Positions 27,888 to 37,520 of a stretch of DNA of 64,000 bases are shown piece by piece (position 1 is the stretch's first letter; each line of letters starts with the position of its first letter). The notes under the pieces were generated by a model, which made no database searches, was not told where the DNA came from, and saw only the letters and a program-made list of their open reading frames with translations. Both the position numbers and the translations under genes were made by a program. The stretch is taken from the IMG/VR virus record IMGVR_UViG_3300024520_000047, positions 62,001-126,000 of that record; one strand, written 5' to 3'.

Positions 27888-28484
27888 TTACCATAATTCG
27901 TTTTGTAACATATGTCCTCGCACGCAAGTATATGCGTCAGCCATATCAAAACATTCTTTTTTTAAATTTCCTTTGGGGGTGAGGGGAGGCCAAATAATGT
28001 GGGGTTCTAATATTTTTACTTGTTCCCATACAGCTAATTTTTTATCGGTGTCTTTAGGAAAACCACCAAATAAGACTTTTTTACCTTTGTCATTATAACT
28101 GTATAACGCGGGATGTGCATATTTTCTAGAATTATAGGTTGATATGAATGTGGGTATAACCCCTAGAATGTCGTATACGGTTTTTACAATCATTGAGTTG
28201 TATCTTAATAAAGCACCTACCGTATATAGATTATTAGATGTTAATAAGGGTTCTTCAATTATAACTTTAACTACCCCGAGACCTTTTAATTCTTCTAATT
28301 TTTTTTCAAAAGCTTCTGCTTTTTTTAAATGTTCTTCTATTTTATCTTCAGGTCTAGGATTAACGCGTGGGGAAAAATGGGTCAATTCCAATAACTTTTG
28401 ACTCTTTAAACCAAAAAGGGCCCATCCAATTGTTTTTGTAGAAATGTCTAACCCTAATACTTTGGGTTCGTTTTTTAATGCCAT
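27888..28484 (-). CDS. ruvC: RuvC-like Holliday junction resolvase (RNase H fold)
   Basis: VLGLDISTKTIGWA, VIIEEP and FDMADAY catalytic pattern. Confidence 0.8.
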   Translation of the reverse strand: MALKNEPKVLGLDISTKTIGWALFGLKSQKLLELTHFSPRVNPRPEDKIEEHLKKAEAFEKKLEELKGLGVVKVIIEEPLLTSNNLYTVGALLRYNSMIVKTVYDILGVIPTFISTYNSRKYAHPALYSYNDKGKKVLFGGFPKDTDKKLAVWEQVKILEPHIIWPPLTPKGNLKKECFDMADAYTCVRGHMLQNELW

Positions 28485-29611
28485 TAAAATCTGAATTTTA
28501 AATTAAAATATGATGAATTTGCCTTATATTTTTCAATTGGCCTATCTGGTTTTGCAATTGCTAACATGTCACCATTATCATCATACAACCCAATCGCTGT
28601 AATGTAAACAGGTTTGTTTACACTTCCTAGGTCATACTCCCCATTTGTGATTATGGGGTTCAAGGGTGCAGCGGTAGGATTTTTGGTTAAATAAAATTCA
28701 TTTCCACTTGCAGTACATAAGACATCAAGTACCCATTGTTTCTCAAAACTATAGAATGTTACTTGTGCATCACTACTACTAAATGAAGCCTGGGTTATGG
28801 CACTATATACGTATGTGGTACCTGTACATCCAGTGCCCGCAGGTATACATGTAGCGGCCGTCGATGCAGACCAATTAATATTTTGTGTTACAGCAGAACT
28901 AGTTAATACTATAAAACCCTTATCTAAATAACATACACCGATAGGTCTATCTACTCCACTGCCCGCATCTGTTGCGGTTGCTACCTGCTTATCTTGTGCA
29001 AAACTAAAATAGGTTGTAGAGTCGGGATACCCAGCTGGAGGTGAGGTAGTTGTATACCCATCAGACCATGATGTTGTTGGATTAGTAACAGGTCTACCAA
29101 AACCGTCTGCAAATAAAAAAGATACATTAGTACTTGGTGTGTCAACAGCAGGTGTTAGATTTTGATTTAAAACTGATGGATGTCCAAATCTTTCAGCTTC
29201 TACACTAGGGTCACTAGAAGCATCCCAAGGTAAATAATAAGAACTATAACAGTCAAAAGTACCACCAGTCACATGTGGTAATGTTAATTTAATTGTCCTA
29301 CCGTCTATTAATTCACCGTAGGTATTTTTAGGTATTTCTATTACTACCACATTAGTGGCGTCATCTATATCCTGTAATGCATTTGCACCCCATTCTAAAT
29401 CCCAACCATTAACTTCAAAATTAGCTGCAGGTAATCCAAACGAAGAATATAAATTAGAGAATGGTCTTCCATTATTTGGGTTACGTTGAGCGACTGTGAA
29501 TTTAAGTGCTGACCCAGTAACTTCGTTATACCCATTAAAATTAGGGTTTAATGTCCCAAACGGTATAATTTCTGACTCAACTGTCTTTGATGTTATTGGT
29601 TTAAAATCCAT
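28484..29611 (-). CDS. Tail/baseplate protein with the C-terminal half of a tail-collar-fibre (DUF3751-like) domain
   Basis: C-terminus VYITAIGLYDDNGDMLAIAKPDRPIEK...FNLKFRF. Confidence 0.65.
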   Translation of the reverse strand: MDFKPITSKTVESEIIPFGTLNPNFNGYNEVTGSALKFTVAQRNPNNGRPFSNLYSSFGLPAANFEVNGWDLEWGANALQDIDDATNVVVIEIPKNTYGELIDGRTIKLTLPHVTGGTFDCYSSYYLPWDASSDPSVEAERFGHPSVLNQNLTPAVDTPSTNVSFLFADGFGRPVTNPTTSWSDGYTTTSPPAGYPDSTTYFSFAQDKQVATATDAGSGVDRPIGVCYLDKGFIVLTSSAVTQNINWSASTAATCIPAGTGCTGTTYVYSAITQASFSSSDAQVTFYSFEKQWVLDVLCTASGNEFYLTKNPTAAPLNPIITNGEYDLGSVNKPVYITAIGLYDDNGDMLAIAKPDRPIEKYKANSSYFNLKFRF

Positions 29612-29638
29612 TTTTAAATATTTTTTATTTTTTTATTA

Positions 29639-30025
29639 TTAAGGTATTAATTCGTTACCACTAAGTTTAAGAAACTGTACACCAGAAAAAAAGAATTTTA
29701 CATAAGCACGTGCATCGATTACCTGATTACTTCCACTATCCTTACTATAGTTAATGGCTTGAGGTGAATAAACAAATAGGTTTACACCTTCTTTAGTGGT
29801 ATCTCTAACTGGGTTAATGGTTGAAATAAATTTAGTAGACACTAATGTAGTCGTTGCGTTCTCCCCCGGAGTATGTTTATCTGTTGCTGGTATACGTGCA
29901 CTTTGAGATATAGAATTATCTACATAATTAATTGCACTTTTATATGGTACACCCGACATCCCATTAGGGGTAAACCCAAAATTAGCTTTAAAGTAATTTA
30001 TTCTTGTTGTTGTATCACTTGCCAT
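29639..30025 (-). CDS. Hypothetical structural protein
   Basis: The ATG at 30025 lies directly after the upstream stop, so it is preferred over the track start at 30064. Confidence 0.6.
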   Translation of the reverse strand: MASDTTTRINYFKANFGFTPNGMSGVPYKSAINYVDNSISQSARIPATDKHTPGENATTTLVSTKFISTINPVRDTTKEGVNLFVYSPQAINYSKDSGSNQVIDARAYVKFFFSGVQFLKLSGNELIP

Positions 30026-30026
30026 T

Positions 30027-31691
30027 TTATACTGATTTAAATTCAATAAAAGTTTTATATCCAACTACCCCTGTTGTAACAAAGTCTGTCGGATTTGTTG
30101 TGTATTCAGACATAGTTGTGTACCCACCCCCATAAAATCTTGCTTCGGTCTGACTGGTATCTAACGCTCTATAAAGAATAGGTGAGGTATCTCGTGTAAA
30201 ATTCTCGTACAAAGCCGGAAAACTTAAAATAAAGTTAAGTGTTAGGGTTGCATTAATTGTGGATGTGTCTGAAGCATCCGCAACTTGTAAATTAAAAGGA
30301 ACCGTATAAATTTTATTAATTCCTGTTCCAGAAACACTAACAAAATTAACAAATTCACTTTCTAATGCAGTAAAGAATTTTTCTATTTCATATAATAATG
30401 TGGTTACCCCCATTTTAGGTTCTAAATTATTATTAACAGGATTAGGTATACTTTTAAATGTAGAAATAAAATTAGTTATCCCGGGTTGTTTTTCATATTG
30501 TGGGGTGCCCGCCATAAACATACCAAATGTTTCCCATGCAGATGTTGATTCTGTTGCAGAACGACCATCAAGATTACCAGACATAGATTTAAATAAGGTT
30601 GCGGTAGTGGGTGTTACATTAATTTGGTTTGTCTGTAAAATATAATACGCGTTAGTGTCGGGATTATTATCCAATATATATCTAGCTGTAGGGATTACAG
30701 TATCTAAATTAGTAGCATTATTAAACTGAGTTTGTACTGGTGAACCAGCCGTTTGTGCTTGGTATATGTTATAAAAACCACCCGTATCTGCGTTAAACCC
30801 ATACTGGGGGTAATATACCACATTGGGTTGTAAAATTGAAGCAAATGTATAACCAAAATCAATTGCTCCACTAATATCTATCCCTAAAGCACCTGCACCC
30901 GCAAATTTACCACCATTCACTTCATATAAACTATTAGTCATAGAGAATGGTGAAGAAAATTTAATCGCTTGAGTTGAGACCCCGAGTTGTGGGCCATCAC
31001 CAATTACTTCTTGTTGATTGCTATTCATATAAACAGCACCAAAGAATCTCTTAAATAAAGTTTCACTATTATTACCTACTAATTTTATTTTAGTCTGGGT
31101 GGGTGCGAGTGAACCTCCGGTTTTCTTAAATATTCTATGTACAACATTTAAATTCGTGTCCTTACCTTGTTCTTCTAATGTCTCAAAAAATTCTTTCATA
31201 TTTAATGACCAAGCTGCCCCACTCCCATCAAAAATAGCATTAAAATAATCAGTAAATTGACTCATATTTAAACCACCAAATTCGTGATGATTGGCATTAT
31301 ATAAAGCTAATACTTTAAACATAGCTAAATAATCGTGTAAATATACATTTACTGTAGCTTTATTTGTCCAAGTATAGTTTCCATATTCTTTATACCCCAA
31401 CATCATTTGACTAGTCTGTGTAAGTAAATCAGAAGCTCCTTCTATGTAGGTAATTTTATCTTTTATATCATATCCGTCATTAACGCCAAAAATACAATTT
31501 AAATGACTGCCTGTAACTCCAGGTACGAACCCACTACTTAAATTTTGACTATTTCTGTAGTCTTTATCGCTGTCTCCTAAAGCAAATTTAACAATTTGGT
31601 CGGCTAAACTACCTTGCAATAGAAATTTTCTCCCTCTTTCTGTGACGTGAAGGTCTAAATATTCTGTTGTTGCACTTGTAACGTATCCCAT
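30027..31691 (-). CDS. Tail/baseplate protein with a DUF3751-like N-terminal motif
   Basis: N-terminus LHVTERGRKFLLQG...IVKFALGDSDKDY. Confidence 0.65.
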   Translation of the reverse strand: MGYVTSATTEYLDLHVTERGRKFLLQGSLADQIVKFALGDSDKDYRNSQNLSSGFVPGVTGSHLNCIFGVNDGYDIKDKITYIEGASDLLTQTSQMMLGYKEYGNYTWTNKATVNVYLHDYLAMFKVLALYNANHHEFGGLNMSQFTDYFNAIFDGSGAAWSLNMKEFFETLEEQGKDTNLNVVHRIFKKTGGSLAPTQTKIKLVGNNSETLFKRFFGAVYMNSNQQEVIGDGPQLGVSTQAIKFSSPFSMTNSLYEVNGGKFAGAGALGIDISGAIDFGYTFASILQPNVVYYPQYGFNADTGGFYNIYQAQTAGSPVQTQFNNATNLDTVIPTARYILDNNPDTNAYYILQTNQINVTPTTATLFKSMSGNLDGRSATESTSAWETFGMFMAGTPQYEKQPGITNFISTFKSIPNPVNNNLEPKMGVTTLLYEIEKFFTALESEFVNFVSVSGTGINKIYTVPFNLQVADASDTSTINATLTLNFILSFPALYENFTRDTSPILYRALDTSQTEARFYGGGYTTMSEYTTNPTDFVTTGVVGYKTFIEFKSV

Positions 31692-31754
31692 TTTTTCTTT
31701 TCTATTATATAATTATCTTAACTTTTATTTCCGAATAGTAAATCATTCTACATT

Positions 31755-34700
31755 TTAAGCTAATCTCGTATATTGATACCCATATTTCGGTGTACCAGTG
31801 ATTTTATATCTATGTGTTTCAAAAAACATAAGATTATGAACTGACATAGCTAGTCCAATACATAAAATATAAGTATCCATACCATTATCAGTAATTTTAA
31901 ATTCGTCTCCCAGATTTGAATGTGCTCGTGCATAGGACGTACTACCACCAATATACTTTGGTTTATTACTATTTACTTTAATTTTAGTTAAAGGTACACA
32001 TGGTTGGGTTACTTTAATAGACCCACTAGTTTTATAACCACTTTCTATTACCCAATAAAAACTCCCACCATTAGCTTCTGTTATTCTATTATGCCCATAT
32101 TGTCCTACAGAATATAATTCTAAATCAAATTCAGTATCTCCATTTTTATTTAAATAATTATGAAAAATTACATCATAGCCAATACTATATTTATTTGTGT
32201 ATCGTGAAGAAAAAGAATTAGTGTCTCGTGCTGGTTCTAAACTCATTAAGTTAGCGTTGGGTGAATTAAGTCCACTCATTAAAGGAGATGTTTCGTCAGG
32301 AACTTCATATGTTTGGTGTCTGCTCAATCTTTGTGAACTAGTCCCATCCTCCCCAATGGGTGGGTCACCACTAATTAGTATAGATGTAGATAGGGGTGCA
32401 GGACCACATAATGCCTCACCGGTTGGTGTGGTGCTAGTACAACATTCGGGACTATAAGTTCCATCTGGACATAAACACCCAGCATTAGGGTCTGGAGTAA
32501 TTAAAACAGGTCCTTTTATGTCTAAAAATACTGAAGGCAAACATTGGCATTCAGTACATCCAGTTGTAAGTACCATTGATAATGAAGTGCTGCCACTTAA
32601 AAACTCATCTAAATCCGCTGCAAAAGTACCACCAGAAAATATATCTCCTATATTTGTACACCTATCTAATGCCCCCGCCAATGGAGGTGTCGGTAATGTA
32701 CACCCAACGGTTGGATTAAAATCCCATCCCCAATTCCTCAATCCTCTTACAGTATTTAATCCTGTTTGTGCTGCTCCAACATCTATTTGGCTATTTACCC
32801 CATAAGTTGCACTATACCAATCATTCCACCCTAAAGAACTTCCCAATTGTGATGGGTCAAAAGGCTCTGTTGCTGAACCTGGTTCATATAATACGGTGGG
32901 ATTATAATTTACAGCAGTAATAGCACTATATGGATTTGAATGGGTTATTGCTGATAATGTACCTAATTGAGATATCACTGTTGGATTATCTCCCTTTGCG
33001 TTAAATGTTGCTTCTGAAATGGTATTACCATACATAGCACCATACAAATGTAAAGGAAATGCTTGTACCGATGAATTTTGACTACCGACTACAGGATAAA
33101 CAAAACCTCTAAATGCATTATAAAAAGAATAGGTTTTATGAAATAAGTCTTGGCTATATAACCATGAAGGTGTGGGTTGTGGATTTTTAGCTGTATCATT
33201 AAAATAATCAGCGTCAAACCCCATACTATTATTATTACAACACGCCCATTGATTCCAATCATCCGCTATGCCATAAGGGGGATAGTGAGCTTGATTTCCA
33301 GTAGCCTCTGCCCCACATGTGGTATATCTATTCCCACAGGGTCCCCCCCTATTTCCACCATGATACCCTAAATTTTGATTAAGTCTCCAAGTTATATCAT
33401 TGGGGTTAGTTCCTTGCATTAGACCATTATAAAAATTTAATAGTCCAAGAGTTGTAGTTTGTGTTTGAAGTGGCGTGGGATTTGTTAAATCATACCAAAC
33501 CTTATTTCCTAATGCACAAAATCCACCATTAGAGAATCTTGGTTGTGCCTCTGATTCATCAAATATATTAACAATCATAACATTGCGGTCCATACCTCTA
33601 TATTTTTCGCAAGGAACATTTATATGATTAACCCTAATAGTACATGTTCCCGCTGAAATACCGGGACTTAATTCGATATATGGTCCGAGAAAACTATCTG
33701 CACGGACACCCTCCACTCTACCTTCAGTTATGGTATTATCAAATGGACTACAATCTTGACATCCAAATAAGCCAGGTCCCTCATAACCCACATCAGGGCA
33801 ACAATTACCTTCACATAAGTTAAAGACTTCCCCCCCATTTAAATTAAGACCAGAACTTAGGGGTGGTGTCCCAGGCCACGCTGCTGCCACAGATTCCGCA
33901 GTATATCCACTTAAATACGTTTCTCCTGAAAATACATTTGGGTCAAATGTCATACCAGGAGTTAACGTATTGGCAGTAAAAGTTATGCCCGTGTATTCTA
34001 CAATACCTGAACTATAGGAAATAGAACCACCACCCACACCTAAAGTGTTAAAAGTACAACCTGTGGTCCAAAACTCCGCTCTACCTCCAGTTGCTGTAGA
34101 AATAGCATTTGGTGGCAGTACTGGAAACCCCGTATAGTCTCCAGTTCTTACCCCTCTACCATCCGCTTGTAAATATAATCCAGTAACTGGTTCTGGATAT
34201 TTAAGGGTAGGAGGTTCATCCATACCGTTTAAGTTGATGGATGGTGGTGTAAAAGTGCCTCCGTAACCATAAGTCGTATTAGTACACTCATTGCCTGTTG
34301 AATAGGTGGTAACTAGATTTTGGTCTGCGCCACAAAATGTTATTCTTGTACTATGGTTATTATTAGGACCATTTGCTGCCCAATCCCACGAATCCAATTT
34401 ACCATTCCAAGGATAATAAGATGTATTGAGCCACGCTTCACCATATACTGGTATGTGGAATATCTTTCCGGTGTAATTGGGTGTACTAGCCGTAACCCCA
34501 GCAAACCATTCGGTTAATCCATCTTTTGCTGCCTGAGCGTTATCAATACCCGTCGAGCTAACATCATAAAAACAATATACATTAGTACACGATAAAATTG
34601 TGGCGGTGGTCGCAGTAGTTAAAATACAATTAATTAATTTCTGACCTCTATGTCCTCTAACATCAGGCATATCGAACCAACAATTACCACTTAATGAACC

Positions 34701-34985
34701 ATTTTCTGGTCTACAATCATTGTTGGGTGGACCTAAACCATCATCATTAATCAATCCCTGTGTGGTCCCATATACTGGGTCTAATGGGTACCCTGATGGT
34801 ACTGGTGATATACCGTCAACCCAAACTGAGCTGGTACGTCTATAATCATAATCTCGGTCATCTAATGAAAATTGACTTACTAGGTCGAAGAGTCCTTTAG
34901 AGTTTTCTCTAAGCATTAACTCCTTTCCTTTGTCAGTTAAGAAAAGTTCTAGGGTATGTAATTTATCTAGTTCTAGAAACCCCAT
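31755..34985 (-). CDS. Large Cys-rich tail/baseplate protein with a DUF3751-like N-terminus and a vWA-like domain
   Basis: LFLTDKGKELML...FSLDDRDYDY, plus VYCFYDVSS and further blocks shared with 41211..50516. Confidence 0.65.
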   Translation of the reverse strand: MGFLELDKLHTLELFLTDKGKELMLRENSKGLFDLVSQFSLDDRDYDYRRTSSVWVDGISPVPSGYPLDPVYGTTQGLINDDGLGPPNNDCRPENGSLSGNCWFDMPDVRGHRGQKLINCILTTATTATILSCTNVYCFYDVSSTGIDNAQAAKDGLTEWFAGVTASTPNYTGKIFHIPVYGEAWLNTSYYPWNGKLDSWDWAANGPNNNHSTRITFCGADQNLVTTYSTGNECTNTTYGYGGTFTPPSINLNGMDEPPTLKYPEPVTGLYLQADGRGVRTGDYTGFPVLPPNAISTATGGRAEFWTTGCTFNTLGVGGGSISYSSGIVEYTGITFTANTLTPGMTFDPNVFSGETYLSGYTAESVAAAWPGTPPLSSGLNLNGGEVFNLCEGNCCPDVGYEGPGLFGCQDCSPFDNTITEGRVEGVRADSFLGPYIELSPGISAGTCTIRVNHINVPCEKYRGMDRNVMIVNIFDESEAQPRFSNGGFCALGNKVWYDLTNPTPLQTQTTTLGLLNFYNGLMQGTNPNDITWRLNQNLGYHGGNRGGPCGNRYTTCGAEATGNQAHYPPYGIADDWNQWACCNNNSMGFDADYFNDTAKNPQPTPSWLYSQDLFHKTYSFYNAFRGFVYPVVGSQNSSVQAFPLHLYGAMYGNTISEATFNAKGDNPTVISQLGTLSAITHSNPYSAITAVNYNPTVLYEPGSATEPFDPSQLGSSLGWNDWYSATYGVNSQIDVGAAQTGLNTVRGLRNWGWDFNPTVGCTLPTPPLAGALDRCTNIGDIFSGGTFAADLDEFLSGSTSLSMVLTTGCTECQCLPSVFLDIKGPVLITPDPNAGCLCPDGTYSPECCTSTTPTGEALCGPAPLSTSILISGDPPIGEDGTSSQRLSRHQTYEVPDETSPLMSGLNSPNANLMSLEPARDTNSFSSRYTNKYSIGYDVIFHNYLNKNGDTEFDLELYSVGQYGHNRITEANGGSFYWVIESGYKTSGSIKVTQPCVPLTKIKVNSNKPKYIGGSTSYARAHSNLGDEFKITDNGMDTYILCIGLAMSVHNLMFFETHRYKITGTPKYGYQYTRLA

Positions 34986-34994
34986 ATATCTATA

Positions 34995-37451
34995 TTAAAA
35001 ATCAATTTTTATAGACCAAGTCTGGGTACCAACTCTTTTAGTGGGATTTTTAAGTTTTGCAATAGCCATTAAGTCTTTATCGTTATCAAAAAGACCAATT
35101 TCTGTTATACGAACAGCGTCACCTGTTGTCCATGTTGGATTAAGAGAAGTATTAAATTGGTTTTTAGCCAATGTAATATCATATCTCATTTCGTAAATAG
35201 TTGCCATTATATCCGTATTTAAACTACCATAAAAGAAATATTCATCACCAAACTGTAAATTAGTTGGTTCTTGGCTATTATTTAATGGGATATTAATATA
35301 ATCATGTAAATTATAGGTTGAAGCACTTATAACAGTATCGTTAGTTAAATAAAATGGACAATTTGATATTAACTCAGAACCGTCAATCGGGGTACCGCCA
35401 CTTGTATATGTCGGTATTTGAGATGTTATGTCTAAAATTTGCCATTGGGCTGGGTCTGGTGGAACACCGTAAGAAGTCTTTTGGAAAATAATATTAAATT
35501 TATCCACTTGGACACCTGAGCCACTATATGGTAAACATAAGGAATTATTATACGCTCTAATATAAGGAAATTCCGAACCAAAATTCATTACAATGTCTCT
35601 ATTACCCGCGGATGTATCACCAATAATTTTATTATAGTAATTACAGTGAAGGCCTGATGTATGGCCAGAACTACTCTCCAACATGTAGGTTAACCAAACC
35701 TGTTCCATATTAGGTAACCCATTAAAGAAACCTAATGAACTATTATTAGTGTCACATCCAGTTCCTGCGGGAATTAATTCAAGTTTTGGCATTGGTAATG
35801 TCCAATTTCTATTTGATTTATAACTCAACGCAGCAACCAATTCTTGGTCATCTATTACTATTATTTGTAAATCTGGGAATACTTTACCGACTCTATTTGG
35901 TATTGAGGTGGAACCAGTAATTGTCGCTACATTATCATCCCACAAATGGAAATACCTAATACCGGGATAATTCATATCAGCATTTGGTGTAGATTCTATA
36001 TATTGGGGGTCTGAAATGTTAGCAAAACCAGGTGGGCTCACATAAAATGTTTGACCTAATGTACATTCATCTCCAGCTCCAGTTCCTGTTCCACTCCCAT
36101 CATTACCACCTTTTTTCTTATGCCACATCAAGGTTGGTAGATGTAATTTAAAATTTTGTTCTTCACCAACGGCGTTAGAAGCTCCTTGTCCTGTAGGTTC
36201 TAATGCAAATTTCTCACCATAAAAATTAGAAATAGTTTCATTACTATAATGTAGTATAGCAATACATCTTTGTTCTGATGGTAATATGGTTCTTATTTTT
36301 CCAAATGAATCTCTTATGTATGTTCCAGAACTTTGTGGAAGATATCCGGGTATAGGGGGGGTGGCTTGCCCATAAAAATCATTTACATTTGTGGTGTCGA
36401 ATTGTCCACTATCACTATTATACCCAAGCCATTCTTTAGTACCACAATAACCACTAGAGCCATAATCGTTTACTGTCTCAAACAAAGCCGTATTTACTCC
36501 TGCAACCGTACCCCAATTTAAAGTAGTGTTACTAGTTTCATATAATTGTGTCCAATTAATATTCATATTCCACACATTCACATCCGCTACTGAAACATCA
36601 CAATTATTATCGAAAGATAATGAACCTGGTGACCAATATGGTATGGGTGTATCTTCTCCATAAAAATTAAGGATTCCGCCTGAAGGATATATAATCACAT
36701 GTGAACATCCTGAATTAGCGGGGAACATACTATAATCTGGTAAAGTGCGGTCTACAGGTACTCTAATAGTAGTTTCAGTATTAGCACTAGCAATGATAGT
36801 ACCTCCAGTCATATCTGTAACACCAGATGTAACGGTATAAAATAAATAAGGCACTGGATTATTTTGTGGGATATTAAGAAGGTCTGTTCCACAATTTGGA
36901 ACAGTGGTTTGGTATGGATTTATATACTGTACCATTAATATATCCCCCACTACTGGAGTATAATCAATACTATTACATGTCCCACTCATTAAAACCATTT
37001 CACTCCCACCTGTCATACTCGTAAGTGGATAACACCAATTGGGTGATAAAGCGTATTCCGCACTAGTAAAAGCAGAGTAAGGGATTGTGGTGTCCCCACT
37101 AAAAAACCCTCTTTGTCTTGCAGTATTATAAACTGTATTTTCTGAATGCATATCAGTTAAAACAGCATAAGTTTGACCACTATCTGCCCCAATAGGGATG
37201 GGGTATTTGACTTGCATTTTATTTCTTTCTCTTGCTTGGTTAGCAATATTTTGTGCATTCCATTTTGGTTCTGTAACGAAAATGCCGTTAGAGTTTGTTA
37301 AAACATCAGTGTAACAATTATAACACATTTCACTATCTCCTAACTGAAATAGGCTTAATGTTAATTGACCTTTAGATAGTTTTTTTCTGCCGGCATCGGT
37401 TACTCTCACATTTATTAAACCACTGCTTGCTGTTTTTAATATATAACTCAT
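34995..37451 (-). CDS. Tail/baseplate protein: DUF3751-like N- and C-halves around a large insertion
   Basis: N-terminus VRVTDAGRKKLSKG...FQLGDSE and C-terminus VRITEIGLFDNDKDLMAIAKL...IKIDF. Confidence 0.7.
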   Translation of the reverse strand: MSYILKTASSGLINVRVTDAGRKKLSKGQLTLSLFQLGDSEMCYNCYTDVLTNSNGIFVTEPKWNAQNIANQARERNKMQVKYPIPIGADSGQTYAVLTDMHSENTVYNTARQRGFFSGDTTIPYSAFTSAEYALSPNWCYPLTSMTGGSEMVLMSGTCNSIDYTPVVGDILMVQYINPYQTTVPNCGTDLLNIPQNNPVPYLFYTVTSGVTDMTGGTIIASANTETTIRVPVDRTLPDYSMFPANSGCSHVIIYPSGGILNFYGEDTPIPYWSPGSLSFDNNCDVSVADVNVWNMNINWTQLYETSNTTLNWGTVAGVNTALFETVNDYGSSGYCGTKEWLGYNSDSGQFDTTNVNDFYGQATPPIPGYLPQSSGTYIRDSFGKIRTILPSEQRCIAILHYSNETISNFYGEKFALEPTGQGASNAVGEEQNFKLHLPTLMWHKKKGGNDGSGTGTGAGDECTLGQTFYVSPPGFANISDPQYIESTPNADMNYPGIRYFHLWDDNVATITGSTSIPNRVGKVFPDLQIIVIDDQELVAALSYKSNRNWTLPMPKLELIPAGTGCDTNNSSLGFFNGLPNMEQVWLTYMLESSSGHTSGLHCNYYNKIIGDTSAGNRDIVMNFGSEFPYIRAYNNSLCLPYSGSGVQVDKFNIIFQKTSYGVPPDPAQWQILDITSQIPTYTSGGTPIDGSELISNCPFYLTNDTVISASTYNLHDYINIPLNNSQEPTNLQFGDEYFFYGSLNTDIMATIYEMRYDITLAKNQFNTSLNPTWTTGDAVRITEIGLFDNDKDLMAIAKLKNPTKRVGTQTWSIKIDF

Positions 37452-37520
37452 CTTTTATTTTATTTATTTATAAATATTATAACTATTATTTTTGCTTAAA
37501 GTAAACTCATTAACATACCA

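Noticed and set aside
27888-28484. TnpB/Cas12-like RuvC nuclease
   Set aside because: It is only 198 aa with no zinc ribbon or REC/WED region, and there is no room for a flanking ncRNA. It fits a stand-alone resolvase.
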